Below, in pieces: positions 20,662 to 30,971 of a stretch of 64,000 nt of DNA (position 1 is its first letter; every line of letters starts with the position of its first letter). Source of the DNA: an uncultured Actinomycetes bacterium (GTDB lineage: Bacteria; Actinomycetota; Thermoleophilia; Gaiellales; Gaiellaceae); NCBI GenBank assembly GCA_963767525.1, contig CAVYEH010000002.1, positions 58,149 through 122,148 on the forward strand, given 5' to 3'. Position numbers and translations under genes: made by a program. The notes below the pieces were generated by a model that made no database searches, was not told the origin of the DNA, and saw nothing but the letters and a program-made list of their open reading frames with translations.

Positions 20662-21828
20662 ATGACGCGCGTCCTCCTGGGAGTGACGGGTGGGATCGCC
20701 GCCTACAAGGCGTGCGAGCTCTGCCGGCTGTTCGTGAAGGATGGTCACGACGTCGTGCCGCTCGTCACGCCCGGCGCCGAGCGCTTCGTCACGGCGGAGA
20801 CGTTCACGGCGCTCGCGCGGCGCCCTGTCGGTGACGACGTCTATCTCCACCTGACGCGCGCCGACATTCTCGTCGTCGCGCCGTGCACTGCGAACACGCT
20901 CGCGAAGCTCGCGCATGGGCTCGCCGACAACGTCCTCACCGAGGCGGCGCTCGCGCATCGCGGGCCTGTGCTCGTTGCGCCGGCGATGAACCCGCGCATG
21001 TGGGCGCACGCCGCCACGCGGGAGAACGTCGAGATCCTGCGAGCGCGCGGCGTCGCGTTCGTCGGTCCGGACGAGGGTGAGACGGCCGAGGGCGAGCTCG
21101 GCGTGGGGAGGATGGCCGAGCCGGAGGACATCTTCCGCGCTGCACTGGAGCTGCTCCACGGGATGAGCGCGCTGCGCGGAAAGCGGGTCCTCGTGTCGGC
21201 CGGAGGCACGCGCGAACCCGTCGACGCAGTGCGCTTCGTCGGAAATCGCTCGTCCGGCCGCATGGGAGTCGCGCTCGCCGCCGAGGCACGCCGGCGCGGC
21301 GCCGACGTCACACTCCTCGCGGCGAACCTCGCGGTGCCTGCGCCGGAAGGAGTCGAGGTCGTCGACACGCCGACGGCGGCAGATCTCGAGCGGGAGGCGC
21401 TCGCTCGCGCCGCCGAGGCCGACGTCATCGTGATGGCCGCCGCAGTCGCCGACTACCGGCCCGCCGCTGCGCTCGCTGCGAAACGTCCCAAGGACGCCGA
21501 AACATGGACGCTCGAGCTCGAGCCGACCGCCGACGTTCTCGCCGCGCTCTGCAGCGAGACGGGCGCGAACCGGCGCGCCGGACAGGTCATCGTCGGATTC
21601 GCCGCCGAGACGGGCGACGGCGGCATCGATCGCGCGCGCACGAAGCTCGAGCGCAAGGGCGCCGACCTCTTCGTCTTCAACGACGTCTCGCAACCCGGCA
21701 TCGGCTTCGACGCGCCCGACAACGCCGTGACCCTCGTCTCCGCCGCGGGCGAGCGAGTTCTCCCGAAGGCGCCGAAGAGCGAGATCGCGGTCGCGATCCT
21801 CGACGAGGTGGAACGCCAAGTCGGGTGA
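20662..21828 (+). CDS. coaBC: Bifunctional phosphopantothenoylcysteine decarboxylase / synthetase
   Basis: VTGGIAAYK flavoprotein N-terminus plus CTP-dependent synthetase C-terminus; 388 aa. Confidence 0.9.
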   Translation: MTRVLLGVTGGIAAYKACELCRLFVKDGHDVVPLVTPGAERFVTAETFTALARRPVGDDVYLHLTRADILVVAPCTANTLAKLAHGLADNVLTEAALAHRGPVLVAPAMNPRMWAHAATRENVEILRARGVAFVGPDEGETAEGELGVGRMAEPEDIFRAALELLHGMSALRGKRVLVSAGGTREPVDAVRFVGNRSSGRMGVALAAEARRRGADVTLLAANLAVPAPEGVEVVDTPTAADLEREALARAAEADVIVMAAAVADYRPAAALAAKRPKDAETWTLELEPTADVLAALCSETGANRRAGQVIVGFAAETGDGGIDRARTKLERKGADLFVFNDVSQPGIGFDAPDNAVTLVSAAGERVLPKAPKSEIAVAILDEVERQVG

Positions 21829-22178
21829 GTGAGTCGACGTACAGCCTCTACGAGCGCGGCCGGAAGCATCTCCGGTCGGGGATGGCTGCCCAGGCGACCG
21901 TCGCCCTCGAGAAGGCGAAGCGGCGGGAGCCTGACAAGGCGTCGATCCGCGAGGCGCTCGGCATCGCGTACTTCCGGATTCGCCGTTACAACGAGGCGGC
22001 GACCGAGTTCCGCGCCGCACTCGAGCTCTCTCCCGTCAACGACTACGCGCACTACGCGCTCGGCCGCTGCCTCGAGATGCTCGGGAAGCCGGCCGAGGCG
22101 AACGGTCACTACAAGCTTGCGAGCTCTCTCAGGCCGGGGTCAAAGCAGTACCGGTCGCGGATCCTCGAGCTCGAGTAG
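21825..22178 (+). CDS. TPR-repeat protein
   Basis: Tetratricopeptide-like helices (…ALGIAYFRIRRYNEAATEFRAALELSP…); GTG start overlaps the coaBC stop. Confidence 0.5.
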   Translation: MSESTYSLYERGRKHLRSGMAAQATVALEKAKRREPDKASIREALGIAYFRIRRYNEAATEFRAALELSPVNDYAHYALGRCLEMLGKPAEANGHYKLASSLRPGSKQYRSRILELE

Positions 22179-22187
22179 GCCGGTCGC

Positions 22188-23921
22188 TCACTCGAGCCAG
22201 TCGCCGCTGACGCGCCGGACCTCTTCGAGCGAGGAGATGCCGGCGACCACGAGACGCATGCCGTCGCGGCGGAGCGTCGTCATCCCCTCTTCGACCGCTG
22301 CAGCGTGGATCTCGTCGGCCGATGCCGAGCGAATGAGCCGTCGCAAGCGTCCTGTCACGGGCAGCACCTCGTACAGAGCCACACGGCCCGAGTAGCCGGT
22401 GTCCCAGCACTGGGAGCAGCCCCGCGCGCGGTATATCTCGAGGTCGGCGGTCGCTCCGTCGAGCCCGAGCTCGGCAAGATCGGCCCCGCTCGCCTGATAC
22501 GGCTCGCGGCAGGAAACGCAGAGCCGGCGCGCGAGTCGCTGCGCCACGATGCAGTTGATCGACGTGGCGAGGACACTCGGGTCGACGCCCATGTCCTGGA
22601 GGCGCGCGATCGACGACGCGGCCGTCTGCGCGTGGAGCGTCGACAGGACGAGGTGCCCGGTCAACGCAGCCTGGATTGCGATCTGCGCCGTCTCCTCGTC
22701 ACGGATCTCACCGATGAGGAGAACGTCGGGGTCCGAGCGCAGGATCGTTCGCAGTCCGGCCGCGAACGTGAGTCCGCTACGCGGGTTCGTCTCGATCTGA
22801 CTGATCCCTTCCATCTGGTACTCGACGGGGTCCTCGATCGTCATCAGCACGCGCCCTTCCTCGTTGAGCATCCCGAGAGCCGCGTACAGCGTCGTCGTCT
22901 TGCCGGCCCCCGAGGGGCCTACCGTCAGCACGGCGCCGTAGGGCTGGCGGATTGCATGGCCGAACGCCGCCTGCGCAGCCGGCGTCATGCCAAGGTCGTC
23001 CAGCTCGATCCGGCCCTCGGCGCGGCTCATGATTCGCAGCACGACCTGCTCACCGTGCGTCGTCGGGAGGACGGCGATACGAATGTCCACCGGCCGCCCG
23101 CGATGACGGATCGAGACGCGGCCGTCCTGTGGTGCACGGCGCTCGGCGATGTCGAGCTCACCCATGATCTTGAGCCGGGCCGTCACGGCCTGCTGGAGGT
23201 TCGGAGGGATCGTCGTCACGCGGCGCGTCACACCGTCGATTCGGGCCCGGACGACGACCTCGTGCGCCTGCGGCTCGATGTGCAGGTCGGAGGCGCCGTC
23301 GTCGATGGCCTGAGAGACGAGCTTGTTGACGAGCTCGATCGCCGGTGCGCTCGTGCCTGCGTCGGAGATGTCTTCTTCGACAGGGCCCGTGTCCGCGGCG
23401 CTCTCATCGGCGTACATCTTGATGTCGATCTCGCTGCGGTAGCAGCTTCCGATCGCGGTGGCGATCGCGGGCGCCGACCCAACAGCGAGGCGTACGTTCA
23501 GCCCGAGCGCGAGCCGGAGGTCGTCGGAAGCGAGGACGTTCGTCGGATCTGCGACCGCGACGAGCACAAGCCCATCCGAGACGAAGCGCACGGGGATCGC
23601 CTCGTAGCGCCGAGCGTACTGCTCGGGCAGGAGGGCTGCGACCTTCCGGTCGACCGCTTCCTCGTTCAAGTCGACGAACTGAAGACCATGCTGCTCGGCG
23701 AGCACGCGGGCGAGTGTCGTCGGATCGATCCAGCCGTGCGAGACCAGGATCTCGCCCACGCGGGAACCCGTCTGGTCCTTCTCGACGAGCGCCTCCTCGA
23801 GCTGCCCGGCGTTGATCAGGCCGTCGCGGAGCAAGAGCGCCCCGAGGGGGCGGCGCGGGTGTGATCCTGGCTCTCTGTCGGCAGGTCGCAGCGCGTGAAG
23901 GTGGGCGGCGGATTCCACCAT
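22188..23921 (-). CDS. Type II secretion / type IV pilus assembly ATPase (GspE/PilB family)
   Basis: T2SSE N-terminal domain, Walker [11 protein letters not shown], Walker B/Asp box, tetracysteine motif; 577 aa. Confidence 0.8.
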   Translation of the reverse strand: MVESAAHLHALRPADREPGSHPRRPLGALLLRDGLINAGQLEEALVEKDQTGSRVGEILVSHGWIDPTTLARVLAEQHGLQFVDLNEEAVDRKVAALLPEQYARRYEAIPVRFVSDGLVLVAVADPTNVLASDDLRLALGLNVRLAVGSAPAIATAIGSCYRSEIDIKMYADESAADTGPVEEDISDAGTSAPAIELVNKLVSQAIDDGASDLHIEPQAHEVVVRARIDGVTRRVTTIPPNLQQAVTARLKIMGELDIAERRAPQDGRVSIRHRGRPVDIRIAVLPTTHGEQVVLRIMSRAEGRIELDDLGMTPAAQAAFGHAIRQPYGAVLTVGPSGAGKTTTLYAALGMLNEEGRVLMTIEDPVEYQMEGISQIETNPRSGLTFAAGLRTILRSDPDVLLIGEIRDEETAQIAIQAALTGHLVLSTLHAQTAASSIARLQDMGVDPSVLATSINCIVAQRLARRLCVSCREPYQASGADLAELGLDGATADLEIYRARGCSQCWDTGYSGRVALYEVLPVTGRLRRLIRSASADEIHAAAVEEGMTTLRRDGMRLVVAGISSLEEVRRVSGDWLE

Positions 23922-23949
23922 TCCCGTATCGGACTATTCTGGCCAAAGC

Positions 23950-24381
23950 ATGAGGGCCGTGTGCCAACGCCTCCGGGAGGGCCGCGTGCGCGTCGCCGGA
24001 GAAGTCGTGGGCGAGGTCGGGGAGGGGCTCTGCGTTCTGCTCGGCGTCGCGCGTGGCGACGGGGAGGACGAGGCGGCCAAGCTCGCGGGGAAGGTGGCCC
24101 GGCTGCGGATCTTCGCCGACGAGGAGGGCAGGTTCGACCGTTCGGTCCTCGATGTCGGCGGCGGCGTGCTCGTCGTCTCGCAGTTCACGCTCATCGCCGA
24201 CACGGCGAAAGGCAACCGGCCGAGCTTTGGAGAAGCCGCGCCGCCCGAGGCTGCGGAGCCGGTCTACGAACGCTTCTGCGGGGAGCTGCGTGCGCTGGGC
24301 CTGCCGGTCGAGACCGGCGTCTTCGGGGCGGAGATGGTGCTTGAGCTCGTCAACGACGGTCCCGTCACGATCGTCCTCTAA
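23950..24381 (+). CDS. dtd: D-aminoacyl-tRNA deacylase
   Basis: …VSQFTL… Dtd fold; 143 aa. Confidence 0.8.
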   Translation: MRAVCQRLREGRVRVAGEVVGEVGEGLCVLLGVARGDGEDEAAKLAGKVARLRIFADEEGRFDRSVLDVGGGVLVVSQFTLIADTAKGNRPSFGEAAPPEAAEPVYERFCGELRALGLPVETGVFGAEMVLELVNDGPVTIVL

Positions 24382-24424
24382 AGGGCCGCTGCTACACTCG
24401 ACAGACCATTTTCGGCGTTACTGA

Positions 24425-24449
24425 AATGGGCCTGCGGGCCCATTTTTTG
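24425..24449 (+). terminator. Rho-independent terminator after dtd
   Basis: AATGGGCC-tgcg-GGCCCATT hairpin followed by TTTTTTG. Confidence 0.6.
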
Positions 24450-24463
24450 TGAGGAGAGTCCCC

Positions 24464-24898
24464 ATGGCCACGACGTTTCAGAAGGAGCGCGAGCTGACAA
24501 CCGAGATCGTTCCGCGTGTCGAGCATGAGGTGCCGGGCGTCGACGTTCTCGCCGTCGAGCTCCTCTCGCCGTCGCGCTTCTGCGTCTACGTCGACCACCC
24601 TGCGGGTGTCGACCATGAGCTCTGCGTGCGCGTCACCGACGCTCTCCGCGACTACCTCCGCGAGTACTCGGTCGAGGTCTCTTCGCCGGGGCTCGACCGC
24701 CCGCTGCGCACGCGCGAGCACTTCGCCGGCGCGGTCGGCAGTCGCGTCAAGGTGCGAATGCTTGGCAGCAAGAAGCTCAAGGGCGAGGTCGTCTCCGCCG
24801 GAGAGGACAGCGTCACCGTCGCCGCCGCAGACGGCGCCGAGACTCATATCCCGTACAGCGAGATCGTGCGGGCCAATCTGATCGAGCCGGGAAATTAG
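24464..24898 (+). CDS. rimP: Ribosome maturation factor RimP
   Basis: Position upstream of nusA; conserved RimP fold; RBS GAGGAGAG precedes ATG 24464. Confidence 0.75.
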   Translation: MATTFQKERELTTEIVPRVEHEVPGVDVLAVELLSPSRFCVYVDHPAGVDHELCVRVTDALRDYLREYSVEVSSPGLDRPLRTREHFAGAVGSRVKVRMLGSKKLKGEVVSAGEDSVTVAAADGAETHIPYSEIVRANLIEPGN

Positions 24899-24914
24899 GC
24901 AGAGGGAGCGTGTC

Positions 24915-26309
24915 ATGAGCCAGGAAATCATCGACGCTGTTCGCGAGATCGAGCGCGACAAAGGGATCGAGGAGGGTGCGCTCGTCTCGGCCCTCGAAGA
25001 CGCGCTGCTCGCCGCGTACAAGAAGACTCCGGGCGCGTCGCGGCACGCGACGGTCGAGATGCACGACGACGGCGAGTTCCGCGTCTACTCCGTCGAGCTA
25101 CCGCCCGACGTCGAGGAGCGGCTCATCGACGAGGCGCGCGAGCGGAAGCTCGAGGAGCTCGAGCGGCTCGAGGAGGAGACGGGCGAGCGCCAGCACACGC
25201 TCATCTCCGACGACGACCTCGACATCGACTGGTCCGAGGTTCCCGAGAGCGACGTCAAGCGCGAGGACGTGACGCCGGAGGGCTTCGGCCGCATCGCCGC
25301 ACAGACCGCGAAGCAGGTCATCCTCCAGCGGATCCGCGAGGAGGAGCGCCGGATGATGTACGACGAGTACATCGACCGCGTCACCGAGGTCGTCACCGGC
25401 ATCGTCCAGCAGGCCGGTGACCGCAACAACGTTCTCGTCGATCTCGGCAAGGTCGAAGCGCTGCTGCCGCGCTCGGAGCAGGTCGACGGCGAGCGCTACG
25501 AGCAGGGCTCGCGCATCAAGGCCGTCATCACCGAGGTGCGGAGCGGGACGAAGGGGCCGCAGGTCATCCTCTCGCGCCGCGATCCCGAGCTCATCAAGAC
25601 GCTGTTCGAGCTCGAGGTGCCGGAGATCGCCGACGGGCTTGTCGAGATCCGTGGCGTCGCCCGCGAACCGGGCTATCGCTCGAAGATCGCCGTCGAGTCG
25701 CACGCGCAGGGCGTCGACCCCGTCGGCGCGTGCGTCGGCCCTCGCGGCTCCCGCGTGCGCATGGTCGTCTCCGAGCTCCGCGGCGAGAAGATCGACATCA
25801 TCCCGTGGAACCAGGAGCCGGCGCGGTTCGTCGCCAAGGCGCTCTCCCCGGCGCGCGTCCGCGAGGTTTACCTCGACGACGACGCGCGTGAAGCGACGGT
25901 CGTCGTCCCCGACGACCAGCTCGCGCTTGCGATCGGCAAGGAGGGCATGAACGCCCGCCTCGCCGCGCGTCTGACGGGGTGGAAGGTCGACATCCAGAGT
26001 GACTCCGAGTTCGCGAAGGCCGAGGCCGAGGCGGCGTTCGGCGGCGCCGACGGCGAGAGCGGGGAGGACTACTCCGGCCGCTGCGCTGCGATTCTCACGA
26101 ACGGCAAGCGCTGCCCGAACGCAGCGCTCCCTGGCTCCCGCTGGTGCGGCGTCCCCGCTCACCAGGAGCTCGAAGGCTCCGGCAGCGATTACGTCGGCGG
26201 TCCCCCGCCGGAAGAGCCCGAGGTCGAGGAAGTCGAGGTCGAGGAAGTCGAGCTCGCGGCCGACGCGGAAGGCGCCGAGGTGATCGAGGCCGAGGTCGAC
26301 GGTCGCTGA
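24915..26309 (+). CDS. nusA: Transcription termination/antitermination factor NusA
   Basis: S1 plus KH domains (…FGRIAAQTAKQVILQRIRE…, …GACVGPRGSRV…); acidic C-terminal tail. Confidence 0.9.
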   Translation: MSQEIIDAVREIERDKGIEEGALVSALEDALLAAYKKTPGASRHATVEMHDDGEFRVYSVELPPDVEERLIDEARERKLEELERLEEETGERQHTLISDDDLDIDWSEVPESDVKREDVTPEGFGRIAAQTAKQVILQRIREEERRMMYDEYIDRVTEVVTGIVQQAGDRNNVLVDLGKVEALLPRSEQVDGERYEQGSRIKAVITEVRSGTKGPQVILSRRDPELIKTLFELEVPEIADGLVEIRGVAREPGYRSKIAVESHAQGVDPVGACVGPRGSRVRMVVSELRGEKIDIIPWNQEPARFVAKALSPARVREVYLDDDAREATVVVPDDQLALAIGKEGMNARLAARLTGWKVDIQSDSEFAKAEAEAAFGGADGESGEDYSGRCAAILTNGKRCPNAALPGSRWCGVPAHQELEGSGSDYVGGPPPEEPEVEEVEVEEVELAADAEGAEVIEAEVDGR

Positions 26310-26345
26310 GGTCGCCGCGGAGGAGGAGTCGTAGGATCCGAACCG

Positions 26346-26585
26346 TTGCGGACGTGCGCCGGCTGCGGCAGGCGCACTCCGCAGCGTGACTTGCTTCGGT
26401 TCGCTGCCCGCGACGGCGTGCTCGTAGCAGGGCGCTGCGAGCCGGGACGCGGCGCGTACACGTGCCGCGACGTCGCGTGTTTCGAGCGTGCAGTCGAGCG
26501 GCGCCAGTTCGTAAGGGTTCTCAAGCAAAACGTCCACATCGACCCCGCGTTAAGACGTCTCTACACTGAGGAGCTAGATGGCTAA
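26346..26585 (+). CDS. YlxR/DUF448 family RNA-binding protein
   Basis: RTCAGCGRR...LLRF motif; conserved nusA-infB operon position. Confidence 0.7.
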   Translation: MRTCAGCGRRTPQRDLLRFAARDGVLVAGRCEPGRGAYTCRDVACFERAVERRQFVRVLKQNVHIDPALRRLYTEELDG

Positions 26586-28549
26586 CGGAGGCAAACCGAA
26601 TCGTCCGCTCCGCCCGCGTGGCGGCGGCGGCCCCGCGGGGCGGCGCAGGCGCGTCGTCATCGATCAGGGCGCGCAGCGGCCGAACGCGCGCGAGCAGCGC
26701 CAGGCGCGTCAGGATGCCGCGCAGGCGCGCGGGCCGAAGACGCCGGCCGCGCCGCCGACCGGTCCCGTCTCCGTCGAGTCCGGAATCAGCGTCCAGAACC
26801 TCTCGCAGGCGCTCGGCGTCTCGATGCCGCAACTCATCAAGATCCTCATGGGGCTCGGCCAGATGCGCACCGCGACCCAGTCGCTGAGCGACGAAGAAGT
26901 CGAGCTCATCGCGGCGGAAGTCGACCGCGAGATCACGATCAAGCACGCGGCCGACGAGGAGGAGGAGCCCGAGGCGTTCGAAGACACCGACGAGCAGCTC
27001 CAGGCGCGCCCGCCGGTCGTGACGATCATGGGCCACGTCGACCACGGCAAGACGACGCTTCTCGACGCGATCCGCGACGCGCGCGTCGTCGCCACCGAGG
27101 CGGGCGGCATCACGCAGCACATCGGCGCGTACCAGGTCGACGTCGACGGCCGGAAGATCACGTTCCTCGACACGCCGGGCCACGAGGCGTTCACCGCGAT
27201 GCGCGCCCGCGGCGCGAAGGTCACGGACATCGCCGTCCTCGTCGTCGCGGCCGACGACGGCGTCATGCCGCAGACGAAGGAGTCGATCTCCCACGCGCGC
27301 GCCGCCGGGGTGCCGATCGTCGTCGCCGTCAACAAGATCGACCTCGCCGACGCGAACATCGACCGCGTCAAGGGCGAGCTCGCGCAGGAAGGCCTCAAGC
27401 CCGAGGACTGGGGCGGAGACACGCAGTTCGCAGAGGTCTCCGCCAAGGCGCAGACAGAACCTCGACGCGCTCCTCGAGAAGGTGCTCCTCGTCGCCGACC
27501 TCGAGCTCGAAGGCCTGCGCGCGAATCCCAACGCCGAGGCGTCGGGGCCCATCATCGAGTCTCGGCTCGACATCGGCCGCGGGCCGGTCGCGACGATGCT
27601 CGTGCAGCGCGGCACGCTCAGAGTCGGAGACGCGATCGTCGCCGGCGACGCGTACGGCCGCGTCAAGGCGCTGTTCGACTACAAGGGCGAGCGCCGCGAG
27701 AGCGCCGCTCCCGGCGACCCGATCGAGATTCTCGGCTTCGACAAGCCGCCGGCGGCGGGAGAGCTCGCGCGCGTGGTGTCAAACGACCGCGAGGCGCGCG
27801 ACATCGCGAACCGCCGCGGCGAGCGCCTCCGCCGCGAGCAGCTTGCTGCGGTTCGGCCGGCCGGCGGCGTTTCCCTCGAAGGTCTCTACGACGCGCTCCA
27901 GGCGGGCGAGGTTTCCGACCTCAACCTCGTCGTGCGTGGCGATGTCGTCGGCTCCGTCGAAGCGGTCGTCTCGGAGCTCTCGAAGTTCGATCACCCCGAG
28001 GTGCGCCTCAACGTCATCCAGTCGGGTGTCGGCGCAATCACCCAGAACGACATCATGCTCGCGTCCGCGAGCGATGCGCTCATCGTCGGGTTCAACGTCC
28101 GGCCGAACGCCGAGGCGCGCGAGTTGGCGTCGCGTGAGGGCGTCGAGATCCGGACGTACGACGTCATTTACAAGCTGACCGAGGAGATCGAGCAGGCGCT
28201 CGTCGGCAAGCTTTCCGCCGTCAAGACGGAGGAGACGATCGGCGAAGTCGAGGTGCGTGCGATCTTCAAGGTCTCGCGTCTCGGCACGATCGCCGGCTGC
28301 ATGGTCACGAACGGCGTCGTCCGCCGGAACGCGAACGTCCGCGTCCTCCGCGAGAGCGCAGTGATCTACACGACGACGATTGCGGATCTCAAGCGGTTCA
28401 AGGACGACGTCCGCGAGGTCGCCGAAGGCTTCGAGTGCGGCATCCGCCTCGACGGCTTCAACGACGTGAAGGAAGGCGACGTTCTCGAGATCTTCGAGAC
28501 GCGCGAGATCGAGCGGACGTCGCTCGACGAAGCGCCGTCCGCGTCGTAG
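26578..28549 (+). CDS. infB: Translation initiation factor IF-2 (single-base insertion frameshift near 27463)
   Basis: G-domain [24 protein letters not shown]; frame switches at ...AEVSAKAQT|[11 protein letters not shown]... Confidence 0.9.
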
Positions 28550-28561
28550 TTTCGCGGCGCG

Positions 28562-28861
28562 ATGCCCAGCGGCTGGGTCGGGATCCTCACATGCGAGCTC
28601 CACTTCCCGGAGGCGCACTCGCTGAAGGAGAAGCGCATGCTTCTGCGCTCGGCGAAGGCGCAGCTCCAACACCGCGTGGGCGCATCCGTCGCGGAGGTGG
28701 ATCACCACGACGTCTGGCAGCGCGCCCGGATCACGGCCGCGTGCGTCACGCGTGAGCATCACGAGGCGGAGCGGCTGCTCGACGAGGCGGAGCGCTGGCT
28801 GCGCGGCCAGGAGTGGGAGGTCGCGCTCGTCGAGCGCTTCCTCGTCGATCCCGAGGATTAA
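28562..28861 (+). CDS. DUF503 (YlxP-like) protein
   Basis: Conserved small protein between infB and rbfA in Gram-positives. Confidence 0.65.
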   Translation: MPSGWVGILTCELHFPEAHSLKEKRMLLRSAKAQLQHRVGASVAEVDHHDVWQRARITAACVTREHHEAERLLDEAERWLRGQEWEVALVERFLVDPED

Positions 28862-28870
28862 GGTCACGAC

Positions 28871-30167
28871 GTGAACGTCGTCGATCTCATCGAGCGGAAG
28901 AAGGCGGGCGGAGAGCTTTCGGGCGCCGAGCTCGAAGTCGTTCCTCGCCGGGTATCTCAGCGGCGAGATCCCCGACTACCAGGCGTCGGCGCTCCTCATG
29001 GCGATCTGCTGGCGCGGGATGAGCCCTGCCGAGACGTTTGCGCTTACCGACGCGATGGTCCGGAGCGGCGACACGGTCGATCTCGCAGCGCGCCTCGGGC
29101 GCACCGTTGTTGACAAGCACTCGACCGGAGGGGTCGGCGACAAGATCACGATCGCGGTCGGGCCGGTCGTCGCTGCCTGTGGGGTGCCGTTCGGGAAGAT
29201 GAGCGGCCGCGGTCTCGGCCACACCGGCGGAACGCTCGACAAGCTCGAATCGATCCCGGGCTTCCGCGTCGAGCTGACGACCGACGAGCTCGTCGAGCAG
29301 ACGCGCGCGATCGGGATCGCGGTGGCAGGGCAGAGTGCGAACCTCGTCCCGGCCGACAAGAAGCTCTACGGGCTGCGCGACGTCACCGCGACCGTCGACG
29401 AGGTCTCGCTCATCGCGGCGAGCATCATGTCGAAGAAGATCGCCACCGGCGCGAGCGCGCTCGTCCTCGACGTCAAGGTGGGGGAGGGCGCGTTCAAGCG
29501 GACGGTCGAGGAGGCGCGCGAGCTGGCCGAGGTCATGCGCGAGCTCGGCGTCCGCGCGGGGATGGACGTCGTATGCGTCCTCTCTGACATGGATCAGCCA
29601 CTCGGTCGCGCCGTCGGCAACGCTGTCGAGATGCGTGAGGCGGTCGAGACGATCAGCGGCGGAGGCCCCGCGGACTTTCGCGAGCTCGTCGTCGACGCGT
29701 GCGGGCAGCTTATCGCGCTCTCCGATCTCGGCGTGGACGAGGCCGAGGGGCGGCGCCGCGCCGAGGCCGCGATGGCGGATGGCTCCGCCCTCACGAAGTA
29801 CGGGGAGTGGATCCGCGCGCAGGGCGGCGATCCGGATCTCGGTGCGCTCCCGGTCGCCCCGGTCGTCGTGCCGGTGACTGCGACCGAGCCCGGGTTCGTC
29901 CGCGAGCTGAGGGCGCGGGAGGTTGCGCTGACCGCGCTCGAGCTCGGTGCGGGGCGGCACCGCGCTAGCGATCCCGTCGATCACGCGGTCGGCGTCATGT
30001 GTCTCAAGAAGCGCGGCGATGCGGTCGAAGCGGGCGAGCCGCTCGCCGAAGTGCACGCGCGGAACGAGGCGGCCGTCGACGCGGCGCGGGTCGCGCTCCT
30101 CGCCGCGTACTCGCTCGGCGACACGGCGCCGGAGCCGCGCCCGCTCGTCCTCGACGTGATCCGCTGA
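28871..30167 (+). CDS. Pyrimidine-nucleoside (thymidine) phosphorylase (frameshift near 28925)
   Basis: …GYLSGEIPDYQASALLMAICWRGM…HSTGGVGDKIT…; N-terminus MNVVDLIERKKAGGELSGAELE is in the adjacent frame. Confidence 0.8.
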
Positions 30168-30183
30168 CTAGCGTTCACAGCCG

Positions 30184-30942
30184 ATGGCGAAGAAGAAGGC
30201 CGCTGAGATCGCCGAGCTCCAGAACCGGCTTCGTGCACAGGCCGATCTGTACAAGGAGGCCGAGCCGTTGCTGCCGATCGCGGAGGCGTTGCGGGACGCG
30301 GTCAACGCCCGGCTCATGGGTGAGAGCACCGGCGAGCTCTTCGACATCGACGGTGCGTTCGATGCCGCGCTCACCGAAGTCGCCGAGACGCTTATCGCAT
30401 CGAAGCTCCAGACGCTCGACCCCGAGACAGTCCTGCGCGTGTACGCCGAACATGTCGGAGACGATGTCCTTCGCGAGAAGCTCGGGCGTTGGGCGCGTGC
30501 GAAGGCGGAGGACATCGACCTCGAGCGGAGGCGCGATGCTCTGCGGAAAGCCTCCGCGCGAAGCGGACGGGTCGCACTGAAGGACCTCGACGAAGGAGTT
30601 CGCGTCGAGGTCGGGATGTTCGAGCCGCTGCACGTCAGCCGGGCGCGGCGAGAGAGCAGCATCCCGCCGTCGAGAACGATCGGCTTCCGGCTGCTCGAGC
30701 CGTCGCGCGGCCGCGCGGAGGTCATCAGCGACGTCGCGCTGGCCGGACGACCGCACGAAAGACTGACCGCGCACGCCCGAGGGATATTCGGCTCCCTGAT
30801 CGTGGACGGCGACGAGCGATGGCTCGAACCGAGTCTCCAGCTGCATGCCCCGCTCGGCTACGACCTCGGACACGGGCCCGTCAACTCGCGCGAGGTCATC
30901 GGCTTCGTCGAGGTCGAGAACGGCCTCGTCATCCTCGGTTGA
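30184..30942 (+). CDS. Hypothetical protein
   Basis: 252-aa ORF with strong GC3 bias; no recognisable motifs; preferred over the antisense shadow ORF. Confidence 0.45.
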   Translation: MAKKKAAEIAELQNRLRAQADLYKEAEPLLPIAEALRDAVNARLMGESTGELFDIDGAFDAALTEVAETLIASKLQTLDPETVLRVYAEHVGDDVLREKLGRWARAKAEDIDLERRRDALRKASARSGRVALKDLDEGVRVEVGMFEPLHVSRARRESSIPPSRTIGFRLLEPSRGRAEVISDVALAGRPHERLTAHARGIFGSLIVDGDERWLEPSLQLHAPLGYDLGHGPVNSREVIGFVEVENGLVILG

Positions 30943-30971
30943 CCCTCCGACAGGAGTAGGCTTCATTTGAA

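Noticed and set aside
24915-25330. Apparent extra acidic segment in the NusA N-terminal region as an inserted element
   Set aside because: It is in frame, compositionally like the rest of the gene and contains no repeat; probably a lineage-specific linker.
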